DNA of 64,000 nucleotides, from positions 32,001-96,000 of the forward strand of contig JBFGZE010000002.1 in assembly GCA_041586955.1 (NCBI GenBank), written 5' to 3'. Position 1 is the stretch's first letter; the number at the start of each line of letters is the position of its first letter. Below are positions 39,492-49,091 of this stretch, one piece after another. The notes below the pieces were generated by a model. It had not been told where the DNA came from, made no database searches, and saw nothing but the letters and a program-made list of their open reading frames with translations. The position numbers were made by a program, and so were the translations under genes. Source of the stretch: Bacteriovoracaceae bacterium (GTDB lineage: Bacteria; Bdellovibrionota; Bacteriovoracia; Bacteriovoracales; Bacteriovoracaceae).

Positions 39492-40184
39492 TTAAGCGGC
39501 ATCTGATTTAGTTTGTGGAACAGCAGGTTTTTTTGTTCCTAATAAGTCAATCAACTTCACTGCAAATGCTTCGACATCGCCCATGATTTTATCTGACTTA
39601 CTGGTGAGAATGGCGTGAATAACCATAATACTAATAGCTGAAATGAGGCCAAGTGCAGTGGTGTTCATCGCCTTTGAAATACCAAGGGCAAGAAGTTTTG
39701 CCTTACTCGCGGGGTCGGCCGTAGCGACAGCGGCAAATGATTGAATAAGGCCGTATATTGTTCCTAGTAATCCAATTAAGGTAGAGACATTGGCAATAAG
39801 CCCTAAATAGCCCATACGCTTTTCTACTTTTGGAACGACTTCAAGCATGGAGGCCTCAACGGCATCTTGTATTTGTTCTTTGGTTTGGTTGGCCCTTTTT
39901 AATCCCGATTTCATGACCATGGGGAGTAACGCTTTACTATCTGAGCAGGTCTGAATGGCGGTTTGCACATCATTTTTTAGAACATGCTTTTTAATATTAG
40001 ACATTAGGCTAGTGCCGTCCACGTCATAAGAAAACAGAGTTTTAAAACGCTCTAAGGCGATTGCTAGGCCCATGGCCCAGATAGCGAGTATGATCCACAT
40101 AAAGATCCCACCCTCGTCCATAAAAATGGCCATCGATTGAATAAATGACGTGTCTTGTGCAACTTGTGCGATTTCGTTTTCCAT
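39492..40184 (-). CDS. MotA/TolQ/ExbB family protein (AglR-like)
   Basis: GGIFMW, ANVSTLIGLLGTIYGLIQSF, GISKAMNTTALGL. Confidence 0.92.
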   Translation of the reverse strand: MENEIAQVAQDTSFIQSMAIFMDEGGIFMWIILAIWAMGLAIALERFKTLFSYDVDGTSLMSNIKKHVLKNDVQTAIQTCSDSKALLPMVMKSGLKRANQTKEQIQDAVEASMLEVVPKVEKRMGYLGLIANVSTLIGLLGTIYGLIQSFAAVATADPASKAKLLALGISKAMNTTALGLISAISIMVIHAILTSKSDKIMGDVEAFAVKLIDLLGTKKPAVPQTKSDAA

Positions 40185-40223
40185 ATCTGTCTCCTCTCAA
40201 ATAATAGAAATAATTTGAATAAC

Positions 40224-40250
40224 GTGTCGGAAAAGGAAGATTAAACCTTG
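40224..40250 (-). promoter_or_regulatory. sigma28-like internal promoter ahead of the motor genes
   Basis: Minus strand CAAGGTTT-N11-TCCGACAC. Confidence 0.45.
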
Positions 40251-40255
40251 AGAAA

Positions 40256-40516
40256 TTACCTCAGTGTTTTAATATCTCTCTTAACCTCCGAGTTAAAATC
40301 GTCTCGGTCTAATAGGTTACGATTAAATCTTTTTCGCTCACGTTCCATAACAGATAAATCGCCGGGGGCTATAATATTACCTTTAATCTCTAAGTTTCCG
40401 AGATCAAAGGACTCATGCTTTTTATATTTAAAAACGACATTTTTTTTATCTTGGGCATTAATTCCACTTGATACGAATAGGGTCATTAAAATAAGTTTTA
40501 TTAATAAGTTTTTCAT
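40256..40516 (-). CDS. Small secreted protein, GltF/CglF-like
   Basis: Signal peptide. YKKHESFDLGNLEIKG...R..F..L..R.DF pattern. Cluster position. Confidence 0.7.
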   Translation of the reverse strand: MKNLLIKLILMTLFVSSGINAQDKKNVVFKYKKHESFDLGNLEIKGNIIAPGDLSVMERERKRFNRNLLDRDDFNSEVKRDIKTLR

Positions 40517-40524
40517 TATGTTCC

Positions 40525-41955
40525 TTATTTTTTGTCGGTCTTAACTTCTTGGCAATTGGATTTTAGCCCAAAGGAGAAGTCTCCTAGCTCATCCGCCCAA
40601 AATTCGCCATTATACATATAAAAATGCTGGTCGATTGTGCGATTGACGTTACTGATATCACCACGACTGCGATCTGAAACTAATTCCTTATTTCTATAAA
40701 TGAGATCCCTTTTATTAGACATGATCTCTAGTTTGATATTAAACATTTCATAACTATTCTTATGGATATCATTTATAAAAGAAAACATTTGTTTTTTTAC
40801 ATAATGATTTAAATGTTTAGTCCGCCAGTTCAATGTTTCTCTAATTGATGCCGCTAAATATTTAACTAGTGGCGTTTTCTTTCTCTTTTTTAAAAATTTA
40901 TATTCATTTTTTAGTTTCTTATAATTCACAAGATCTAAATTAAATTTGATTTGCTTGCGTATTTGTGTGATTAAGTTACGAATAAATGGGTTTGCTTTTT
41001 CGTTTTGGTCGATAGGAGTTAGCATCAGTTTCAGAAAATAAGTATGCGAGTCCTTATGTTTTAAAAGAATATTTTTTAAATGCTTACTACGGTTTTTATA
41101 AACCCCGTAATAATTATTCACCACCTTTAAGGTATCTTGATAAAGACACATTTTAAAATAAGAAAGAGCGGAGAGTACTTCTCCTTCCGGCATGAAATAA
41201 CTTGATAGAAGTGGTGACTTGTAGGTAACTAGTACTCCTAGAGCACGGTTATAGTCTCTCATATAATAATAGGCCCATGCCTTTTCAAGGAGAATATATG
41301 GCCAGCGATAGCTCGTTTTTGGTATTTCTTCATAATGGTGAACAGATTTTTTATATTTTCTAATCTTAAAATACATACGAGCTATGTGGATATAGCAGGA
41401 CTCTTTTATAATCGTGTAATAACGTTTTAACTTGACGTTGTTGGCCTTGTTTTCGAAATGCTTGGCCGATTTAATACAAGACTTATAAGCTTTGATAGCG
41501 TTTTTATCTTTGTTAATAATATTAAGACTGGCCCCTAAAATCATGAGAGATTCTGGTGAGAAACGATGCCTTTTACCTGGTTTTCTTAAAGCGTGTGCTG
41601 CTTCTTTATATCGTCCGTCATTAAAATATTTAAGTCCTAAAATAAAGTTTAAGGCCTTTGAGTGACGTCCTTTTAATATATTTTCATCGAGACCTGTAAA
41701 GCTTAAAGTACCCGTTTTTAAAATTAAGGTCACGAGGCGCTTTTCCATATTTTTATTAATAGGTTTACCTGAAATAATTACTTTTTTTGCAAACTCAGCT
41801 GCTGAGAAATAATATTTTGAACGCATAAGCTCATACATGATTTTGTCAGCATTTTTTTCACTGTTAGCTTTAAAGTATTTATTGGCCTTTGCTAACGAGG
41901 CATAACTTATTGGCGTGAGTAGAAAAGTAAATAGCAATATCATCAATTTGTTCAT
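40525..41955 (-). CDS. GltC-like periplasmic TPR protein
   Basis: WPYILLEKAWAYY..YNRALGVLVTYKSP..PEGEVL..C and C-terminal GEFWADELG. Confidence 0.82.
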   Translation of the reverse strand: MNKLMILLFTFLLTPISYASLAKANKYFKANSEKNADKIMYELMRSKYYFSAAEFAKKVIISGKPINKNMEKRLVTLILKTGTLSFTGLDENILKGRHSKALNFILGLKYFNDGRYKEAAHALRKPGKRHRFSPESLMILGASLNIINKDKNAIKAYKSCIKSAKHFENKANNVKLKRYYTIIKESCYIHIARMYFKIRKYKKSVHHYEEIPKTSYRWPYILLEKAWAYYYMRDYNRALGVLVTYKSPLLSSYFMPEGEVLSALSYFKMCLYQDTLKVVNNYYGVYKNRSKHLKNILLKHKDSHTYFLKLMLTPIDQNEKANPFIRNLITQIRKQIKFNLDLVNYKKLKNEYKFLKKRKKTPLVKYLAASIRETLNWRTKHLNHYVKKQMFSFINDIHKNSYEMFNIKLEIMSNKRDLIYRNKELVSDRSRGDISNVNRTIDQHFYMYNGEFWADELGDFSFGLKSNCQEVKTDKK

Positions 41956-41966
41956 ATATTGTGCCT

Positions 41967-42689
41967 CTAGAAACTCATCCCAATAGAAAGAATCACATCT
42001 GAATTACTTCTCCACTCATCGGCAGCAGATTGTCCTGGTACGCTTGGCCCAGGAGCTTTATACATGGCCCTTTGGTAATCGACATCTAAATGGAAGCTTG
42101 GGGTCACGTGAACACGAAGACCTGTTTTTAAGATCGTACCAGTATAACTTTCTTCATTATAGGTATCGGCGGTGGAAACATTTGAGACTGTCAGCGCATT
42201 TGACTCTGTCGCTAACTTTGTTAATCCTAGGCCAAAATTCCAATCAAAGTATATAATTTTATTAAAAGTATTTATTTTACCGTAAAATGGAGAGTAAATA
42301 GCTAAAGCAGATATTTGACTTTTCATACGGCGGATAAAGGGGATAGACTGATTAATAGATTGAATACTTTGAAAAGCTTCATTATTTGATGTTGAATATT
42401 TATTATAACCAACTTCGAATGCCCATTCTTCATTGAAATAATAACCAGCACTTCCTTTTAACCCCTTGGTTGATTGGAACTCGCCGGTTATCCCCATTAA
42501 ATACCCACCGTTTATATAAAAGGAATCGGCCTTTTTAAAAACTTTGTTTTGAAGAACATAAACAGATTTGTCTGGGTCTAGCCATAGGAAATCATAGAGG
42601 TCTTTTTCACTTGAAAACGAGGAAACCGACGCTGCGAGAAGCAGCATCGGAAGGAAACACTTTTTAAATAGCTTAACATTTATGCACAT
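41967..42689 (-). CDS. Outer-membrane beta-barrel, GltA/B/H-like
   Basis: VYVLQNK, SPFYGKINTFNKIIYFD, C-terminal Phe. ATG overlaps the upstream TAA (TAATG). Confidence 0.82.
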   Translation of the reverse strand: MCINVKLFKKCFLPMLLLAASVSSFSSEKDLYDFLWLDPDKSVYVLQNKVFKKADSFYINGGYLMGITGEFQSTKGLKGSAGYYFNEEWAFEVGYNKYSTSNNEAFQSIQSINQSIPFIRRMKSQISALAIYSPFYGKINTFNKIIYFDWNFGLGLTKLATESNALTVSNVSTADTYNEESYTGTILKTGLRVHVTPSFHLDVDYQRAMYKAPGPSVPGQSAADEWRSNSDVILSIGMSF

Positions 42690-43861
42690 TAGTTGGCTCC
42701 AGGACAATAATCGTACTCGATCTTGATTTGTGACCCCTTGTCAGGGACTGAGTTTTGGTCAAATTTGATAAGACGTGACGAGCTAATGTAATCATATCCG
42801 CTGGTCTGATCGACACTATCCACCGAAACTTCGATTGTTGAAACAATAGGACTTTTAGCAAGAGCAAAGCTGTCTACCAGCTCTAAAATTGCGATACCCA
42901 TATTACTTAAAGTTGTATAGAAGTCTTGATGGATACTTGATGTTGTTCCACCGGTTAAGTCGGAAACTGATTTATATCTATAACCGATATACTTTTCTGC
43001 GATATTATATTCTGGAGTTTGGACAATGGAGTGAACTTTAACCATGCCCTCATTTTTCTTTAATGATTTGAAGTAATTAGCGTAAGCTATAGACGTTTCA
43101 AGGGAATGATCTTCTTCATCTGAAACGTAAACAACAACAAGGTAGGCGTCAGGTCTTAAAAAGCTACTTGCATGTTTTTGCAAAAATGATTTGGAAGTTT
43201 GAAGACCTTTTTCATTACCACTTCCTCTAACGCCGACCTTGATCCAACTTTTAAAGGTATTGATGAACTGCTGTTCATCTTCTTTTGCTTTTACTGAGGT
43301 GAGAGCTGTTAAGTTACCAATAACGTTACCGTTATATTCTGAACGGCCATCAGTTGTTGTGATACCCATTTTAAAATCTATATCTCTTGTAATAAATTCA
43401 TTAATGAATGCATCAAAGTTGCGAGCAAGATCTTCCTGTTCATCGCCCATGGAACCGGAGTTATCCATGACCCAGATAATATCAACTTTACTACTGGTCA
43501 TATTTTGAGTGAAGTTTTCTACTTTATGCATAAGGCTTGAAGCATCACATGATATTTGTGTTTGGCCTTGATTTTGATCTGGTGTTTGCCCAGGCATTGA
43601 AGTCGAACCTTGACCAGGTAATGACGTTGAACCTTGGCCAGGCAATGATGTTGAACCCTGGCCAGGAATGTTACCTGGTCTTTCTGGAGTCATAATGCCT
43701 TCTTGGGTGTCAGGGTCATCACTTAGTCTTTGTTCCTCTGGAACACCATAGCCTTCAAGATACTCTTTTTGGTAAAACTCTGCATCTTGGCAGGAGTTTA
43801 AAGTTAGTCCTAGCAACGAAGTCAGCATTGCGACTTTAATAGATTGATGAAAAGATTTCAT
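42689..43861 (-). CDS. VWA-domain lipoprotein (CglB-like adhesin candidate)
   Basis: Lipobox LNSC. MIDAS DNSGSM, GITTTD, GSGNEKG, VYVSDEED. Confidence 0.85.
   Translation of the reverse strand: MKSFHQSIKVAMLTSLLGLTLNSCQDAEFYQKEYLEGYGVPEEQRLSDDPDTQEGIMTPERPGNIPGQGSTSLPGQGSTSLPGQGSTSMPGQTPDQNQGQTQISCDASSLMHKVENFTQNMTSSKVDIIWVMDNSGSMGDEQEDLARNFDAFINEFITRDIDFKMGITTTDGRSEYNGNVIGNLTALTSVKAKEDEQQFINTFKSWIKVGVRGSGNEKGLQTSKSFLQKHASSFLRPDAYLVVVYVSDEEDHSLETSIAYANYFKSLKKNEGMVKVHSIVQTPEYNIAEKYIGYRYKSVSDLTGGTTSSIHQDFYTTLSNMGIAILELVDSFALAKSPIVSTIEVSVDSVDQTSGYDYISSSRLIKFDQNSVPDKGSQIKIEYDYCPGAN
43587..43666. repeat. 24-bp tandem repeat (x3.3) encoding PGQGSTS[LM]
   Basis: tgcccaggcattgaagtcgaacct / tgaccaggtaatgacgttgaacct / tggccaggcaatgatgttgaaccc. 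Confidence 0.9.
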
Positions 43862-44083
43862 AGAGAGGTTCCAAATGCTGTTTTATCCAAAACCTAATAA
43901 ATCGTAATAGAATTCATACAATTTATATTTGAATAAACAACCATTTTTGGATTTTGGGAGCAACAAACGTACCTGTAGAAAAAACGTACCGTACAAAAAC
44001 CAAAAAAAAAATCTGATCAATTCTGATCAAGTTACTCCTAATTTAGCACAATCAAGAATTATTTGAAGTAAGTGATCATATGG

Positions 44084-44111
44084 GGATCGGTTTTTTGCGA
44101 GTTTAACTTTA
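44084..44111 (-). promoter_or_regulatory. sigma28-like promoter upstream of the gliding operon
   Basis: Minus strand TAAAGTTA-N12-ACCGATCC, about 220 nt before ATG 43861. Confidence 0.4.
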
Positions 44112-44256
44112 AAGATAAAGACTTACAGACGATAAAAAAAAAATTACCAAGAAATTAAATTTGATAAAAAAGCGCCATTTTTTTTTGGCGAAGACGGGGC
44201 GGTTTAATAATTTCAAACAATTAACTCTGTGAACCTTACTGCCTTATTCTTTACTT

Positions 44257-47028
44257 TTAATAAATAAATCGAAGGGAGTCGAGATTCATTTCCGCTCGAT
44301 CAATATATGCTAGGAGATCAGCTTGTTTGGATTTTAATTTCACAATATCGCTTGTGGAGTCTAGTGGGTTGACTCTCTGTAGATATTCTAAACGATCGGC
44401 TTCGAAATTAAGCTTGAGGTTAACTTGCTTCTTCGCATCTAGAATTATGTTTTCAAATTTGACCTCTGCTATGGAGGAGGCCTTCTTGAGTAAGGTTTTT
44501 AACCTTTCTTTGCCTATCTTGGTAACGATCATGCGAATTTCTTTACTTGCATCAACTAAGGCGCTGTCTAATTTTTCTTTAGCAAATTTTTCACTAAAGT
44601 CGTCGGCCTCTAGATTGATCAGAACTCTTAATGTTTGGGGGGGGAGGAATCTTTCAATCTCTAATGCTTTTGGCGCGACACTGGAAATTAGGAAAAAAAT
44701 TTCAATGAAAGGTTTTGGTTTCCCCGCTTTTGCCCGGGTTGTGACGGTCGCGTTGCCAAATTCTCCACCCATGATTAATTCCATCACACCCTGAACTAAT
44801 GGATGATCCCAAGTCATAAATGTAATTTCTTCTTTTTCAAGGGCCTTTTGCCGCGAGCAAGTATAGGTGAAACCGGCAGCCGGTAGGTTAGGGAATGAGG
44901 GGACATACATATTATCCCCCGGTTTGATATAGTAACAATCGTCGCCCAATTCCTCTAAGTCGACACCGAAATTATTAAAAACTGATTCGAGGTACTTTTG
45001 TAGTTCATCTGATTCATCAATTCTCTTAATCGCATCAACGATTTCTTGGGCATCATCCTTTCTAAAGGAATTAAGCTCGATAAGAATGTCGCGGCCAGAC
45101 TCTAAATCTTGGGATATCTTTAAATAGCTCTCCTGGCACCTTAAAAGTAATTTATTCAATTCACTATTATTATCTTTAAGTAAAGCTTCAACATTTGAAA
45201 AGCTAGCGTTTAATTCTTCTTGAAAAAGGTCTAGTACTTTCATTCCACCATTCATCGTTTTTTTGAAGGCGTTTAAGGAATCATGATAAAATCGAAAGAG
45301 GATTTCTTCCCAACTATTTTTAAGATATGGTACATGAATATGGATATCTCTATTTTGGCCAATACGATCTAATCGTCCAATTCTTTGTTCCAAGAGGTCT
45401 GGTGTCGATGGTAAATCAAATAGCACTAATTGGTTGGAAAATTCAAAGTTTCGCCCTTCACTGCCAATTTCTGAGCAGAGTAAAATTGGCGCCCCTTCTG
45501 GGTCTGAGAAATAGGCCGCTTGTCTATCTCTTGCTAATAAAGAAAGATCACTATGAAATAAGGCGATCTTGGCCGGGCCGTAGCTGCGCAAGAGGTCTTT
45601 TTCAATTTGGAGTACTTTTTCCTTTGACTGACAAATTAAGAGAATTTTTTCTTTGGGATTAGATTTTAAAAACTCGATGAGCCATATTAAACGCAATTGA
45701 TATGATGAACTTGTAAAATGCTCGTCAGGGGCATAATTGACATAATTTATTTCTTCGTCTGAGGATTCACCCAAAGGAATAGGGTGAAGAAAGCGCTCAG
45801 GAAAGAAGTTATATGTCTTACACATAACGGCCCGGGTATTTCTAAAATAAATTCTTCCCGTTCCATGTCGGTCAATTAAAGAATTGAGAATTTCATCATC
45901 GTTGGTTTCTTCTATTCCAATTTTATCTAAAATTGCTCGGTCAGCAGCATCAAGTGGAACTTTCTCAACAAGCTTTTTTCCAACCAATGCCATGTCATTT
46001 AATACATCATGGTCTTTGATGAACTTTTGGTAGTCAAAGAAATGGTCAGGATCTATGAGTTTAAGTCTGGCGAAATGACCTTCAAGGCCAAACATTTCAG
46101 GTGTTGCCGTTAATAAAAGGAGGCCCTTGATATGACTCCCTAATTGTTCGATATTTCGGTAGGTCTCACTGGGATTACCTTCGCTATACTCCATTCTATG
46201 AGCTTCATCGACTACTAATAAGTCAAACTTAGCGTCGAGAATATTTTGTTTTACTTTTTCAGAAGAGTTAATTAATTGAATACTCGTAATAACAAAATTA
46301 TTTTCATCAAAGGGATTGGTTTGATTATTTAGGGTATCAGATTCTGATATTACGGTAAAAGATAAGTTATACTTCCTATACATTTCTAAAAACCATTGGA
46401 AGCATAAAGCATTGGGTAAAACAATCAAGACTCTTTCAATTCTATTCGTAATTAAAAGTTTATGGATAATGAGTCCCGCTTCAATAGTTTTTCCAAGACC
46501 AACTTCATCTGCCAGTAGTACACGTGGATGAATGCGTTTTACTATTTCATTCACTAAGTATAATTGGTGGTGAATGAGGCCTATTCGCGCCCCAATCAGG
46601 CCATAATAAGGGTTAGAGCTGAGCCAGGTTTTAAGTTTGATTGTCTGATATCGTAAATTAAAGAGTTCTTGTGAATCCGTTCCAAGGTTGAGTAGCTTTT
46701 CTTCCGGGCGATGAAAGTTGATAGAATCTAAAAGGTCGCATTCCTTGAAGGCCTGATTGATATCTTGGCCGACATAAATAATAAGGCCATCATCATCTTC
46801 TATAGTCTGACTCACAATAAATTTTACTTGATTGTTCGAAACGACTTCATCACCAATTTCAAATAAAATTCGTTTTAATGGCGCTGTTTTTTTACCATAT
46901 CGCCTTTGCTCACCGCATGCAGGGTAGGAAACAACCAATGTTTTATCTTCAATTTTTACTACCAAACCAAGCCCTAATTCGGGCTCGGCAACACTCATAT
47001 AACGTTGACCAATAATTAGATTTTTCAT
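44257..47028 (-). CDS. rapA: RNA polymerase-associated SNF2-type ATPase RapA/HepA
   Basis: IGQRYMSVAEPELGLG, LLADEVGLGKTIEAG, VVDEAH, CSEIGSEGRNF, LEQRIGRLDRIGQ, TWDHP. Confidence 0.95.
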   Translation of the reverse strand: MKNLIIGQRYMSVAEPELGLGLVVKIEDKTLVVSYPACGEQRRYGKKTAPLKRILFEIGDEVVSNNQVKFIVSQTIEDDDGLIIYVGQDINQAFKECDLLDSINFHRPEEKLLNLGTDSQELFNLRYQTIKLKTWLSSNPYYGLIGARIGLIHHQLYLVNEIVKRIHPRVLLADEVGLGKTIEAGLIIHKLLITNRIERVLIVLPNALCFQWFLEMYRKYNLSFTVISESDTLNNQTNPFDENNFVITSIQLINSSEKVKQNILDAKFDLLVVDEAHRMEYSEGNPSETYRNIEQLGSHIKGLLLLTATPEMFGLEGHFARLKLIDPDHFFDYQKFIKDHDVLNDMALVGKKLVEKVPLDAADRAILDKIGIEETNDDEILNSLIDRHGTGRIYFRNTRAVMCKTYNFFPERFLHPIPLGESSDEEINYVNYAPDEHFTSSSYQLRLIWLIEFLKSNPKEKILLICQSKEKVLQIEKDLLRSYGPAKIALFHSDLSLLARDRQAAYFSDPEGAPILLCSEIGSEGRNFEFSNQLVLFDLPSTPDLLEQRIGRLDRIGQNRDIHIHVPYLKNSWEEILFRFYHDSLNAFKKTMNGGMKVLDLFQEELNASFSNVEALLKDNNSELNKLLLRCQESYLKISQDLESGRDILIELNSFRKDDAQEIVDAIKRIDESDELQKYLESVFNNFGVDLEELGDDCYYIKPGDNMYVPSFPNLPAAGFTYTCSRQKALEKEEITFMTWDHPLVQGVMELIMGGEFGNATVTTRAKAGKPKPFIEIFFLISSVAPKALEIERFLPPQTLRVLINLEADDFSEKFAKEKLDSALVDASKEIRMIVTKIGKERLKTLLKKASSIAEVKFENIILDAKKQVNLKLNFEADRLEYLQRVNPLDSTSDIVKLKSKQADLLAYIDRAEMNLDSLRFIY

Positions 47029-47129
47029 GCCAATATTATAATAGATTCACTATATTTTGTCTTGGCCCCATATAAGGAATTCCTCACGAAGGCCCATTTT
47101 GAACAGAAAAAAGACATGGGAAATTGATT

Positions 47130-47795
47130 TCAAGGGATAAGTTCTTTTAATTTTTCGAGAATTGGCCTTTTTAAACGATGGCCCTCATCTTCAATTAAAT
47201 AAAAATTACCCGTAAAATGGTCGCGTTTTTGCCATAATAAAAAGCGCTCATGGGATAATTGAGGGTCCACCATCATATCTAACTCTCCATTAATGGCATT
47301 TACTTCAATACTGGCACCCGAAAAAGAGGGAATAAGGTCGAAGCGATAGGAGGCATTAATGGCAGTTATTTTATGGATTGATAAACTTTTGTCGATGAGA
47401 AAGGGGGCGAGGTAGCCTCCTTGAGAATAACCAATAATATGTAAGGGTAATTGGTCATCAAAGGATAAAAGCAATTGGCGCAATAAAAGCGCTGGAGTTT
47501 TATAATCAATAAGATAGCGATCTTCTTTGGCGTCGTAGAAATACCAGGCGTATCCCTTGATCAGGTCATTTTCACTTTTCTCAAGTGGAAAGCGGCCTAA
47601 AAGCGGGAAGGGCCCGTTTGGGGCAATAATATGGGTATTGCGATTAAAGAGTGGGGCACAGTGATTCATCATAAAGGCGGCCTTTTGCCCAAAGCCGTGC
47701 AATAGTAAAACTCGGTACTGGCAGTTCTCTTTCTCATTTTTTTCAAAATAAGTCAGTGGTATTTCGGTGCTAAGTAACTTTGTCTTTATTGTCAT
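47130..47795 (-). CDS. Alpha/beta-hydrolase (esterase/phospholipase-like)
   Basis: LLHGFGQ, GYSQGG nucleophile, GELD, EGH. Confidence 0.82.
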   Translation of the reverse strand: MTIKTKLLSTEIPLTYFEKNEKENCQYRVLLLHGFGQKAAFMMNHCAPLFNRNTHIIAPNGPFPLLGRFPLEKSENDLIKGYAWYFYDAKEDRYLIDYKTPALLLRQLLLSFDDQLPLHIIGYSQGGYLAPFLIDKSLSIHKITAINASYRFDLIPSFSGASIEVNAINGELDMMVDPQLSHERFLLWQKRDHFTGNFYLIEDEGHRLKRPILEKLKELIP

Positions 47796-48430
47796 GATAC
47801 AGGGATGCTAAAGAGAGCACATAAGGTCCACGTCACTATCGCCGTGATCAAGGGAATGGTGAGATTATCATCTATTTTAATAGGTAACATTTCAAACCCC
47901 GATATGATTGTCGCGCTAATAAAGGCAAATATAGCAACCTTAAAATCTAAAAGGTTGGCCGAATAATAAACAAAGAGGACGATGAAGAAATGAGATAAAA
48001 AGAAGGCCGTGGAGCCCTCGATACTTTTATGCTCGACGATATGGTGTTTACCAAAGCGAATACCAATAATTGCTGATAAGGGATCACTAATTCCAAGGGT
48101 GTAAATGGCGATGACTGCCGGTAATTTAGGGAAGGTTATAATAGTGAGAAGAATTCCCATAATAAAGGGAATGCCGGCAGATTCTTTTAATTGCTCCTCT
48201 GCACGATATATGTTTTTGATCATGGGAGCGATTTTTTGTGCCAAAGCGGGATAATTAATTCGAAATTGTTCAAGAACATAAACAATTGAGGCACAAAGCC
48301 CCAAAATGGTAATGGATTGGGTATGAGTTAAAAGGTATCGATAGACGGTTCCCACCAAAACCCCCATGCAGCAATGAAAAAAGCGTCGTGCCCATTGTAG
48401 GTCCTTACGTGTCGCCTTTAATTCTTCCAT
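47792..48430 (-). CDS. CTP-dependent diacylglycerol/polyprenol kinase-like membrane protein (Sec59/Dgk1 type)
   Basis: RRFFH, DPLSAIIGIRFG, KSIEGS, IDDNLTIP. Confidence 0.85.
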   Translation of the reverse strand: MEELKATRKDLQWARRFFHCCMGVLVGTVYRYLLTHTQSITILGLCASIVYVLEQFRINYPALAQKIAPMIKNIYRAEEQLKESAGIPFIMGILLTIITFPKLPAVIAIYTLGISDPLSAIIGIRFGKHHIVEHKSIEGSTAFFLSHFFIVLFVYYSANLLDFKVAIFAFISATIISGFEMLPIKIDDNLTIPLITAIVTWTLCALFSIPVS

Positions 48431-48532
48431 TTATACCCTCCTCGGCATAATTGATTTATCGGTTGGGTCAGGGCACTGTCTTGGGGTATAATTGTAGTAG
48501 AAGAACATTTTTCCATATTTTAGGATGATTTC

Positions 48533-48676
48533 ATGACGCCAAAAAAATTGTCTCAAGTATTTTCAATTATCTCCTGCCTTGCCAAGAATGGGGCAACACC
48601 CGAGGAAATCTCTTGGTTAAGACGGGAGATAGACCAGTATATCAGAGGGCTTTTTGGTAATCGCATCGATCAATAA
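48533..48676 (+). CDS. Putative 47-aa small protein (not in the ORF track)
   Basis: AGGA RBS, upstream TATAAT (48487-48492), fills the intergenic gap. Confidence 0.45.
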   Translation: MTPKKLSQVFSIISCLAKNGATPEEISWLRREIDQYIRGLFGNRIDQ

Positions 48677-48686
48677 AAGCAGGCCA

Positions 48687-49073
48687 TTAAAGGCCCTGTT
48701 CAAGTATATCTCTTTCTGTATTGAGATTGCGCTGGTTGGCCGCTTTAGCATCAAACTTATCCCCATAACGGGCCTTCAATTTCTTTAGATTGGTATCCAT
48801 GATCTGTTCAAAAGGGAGGTCCAGTGCGTCTGCCATTATTGCTAGATACCAGAAAATATCGCCCATCTCTTCCGCTAAATTAACGCGATCAATGTCTTTA
48901 CCGTAAAAAATATGCTTTTTAAGGTTGTCGAGAATTTCACCGGCCTCAGTAGAAAGACCAATACCACTATGAAGTAGCCTTAAAGTCTCATCTTTAGAAA
49001 CTCGCTCTCCCATGGCGGTGAAATTTGTTGACTCTGTTGTTGTCGCGCCATCAATATAAACTCTTGAATCCAT
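48687..49073 (-). CDS. MazG-like nucleoside triphosphate pyrophosphohydrolase
   Basis: GLSTEAGE, EEMGDIFWYLA, NLKKLKARY. Confidence 0.9.
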   Translation of the reverse strand: MDSRVYIDGATTTESTNFTAMGERVSKDETLRLLHSGIGLSTEAGEILDNLKKHIFYGKDIDRVNLAEEMGDIFWYLAIMADALDLPFEQIMDTNLKKLKARYGDKFDAKAANQRNLNTERDILEQGL

Positions 49074-49091
49074 AAGTTCTCCTATCCTTAT

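Noticed and set aside
40248..40544. 98-aa plus-strand ORF
   Set aside because: Antisense shadow of the GltF-like gene, which has an RBS, a signal peptide and operon context.
43587..43666. CRISPR-like repeats
   Set aside because: These are contiguous in-frame coding repeats without spacers, and there are no cas genes in the window.
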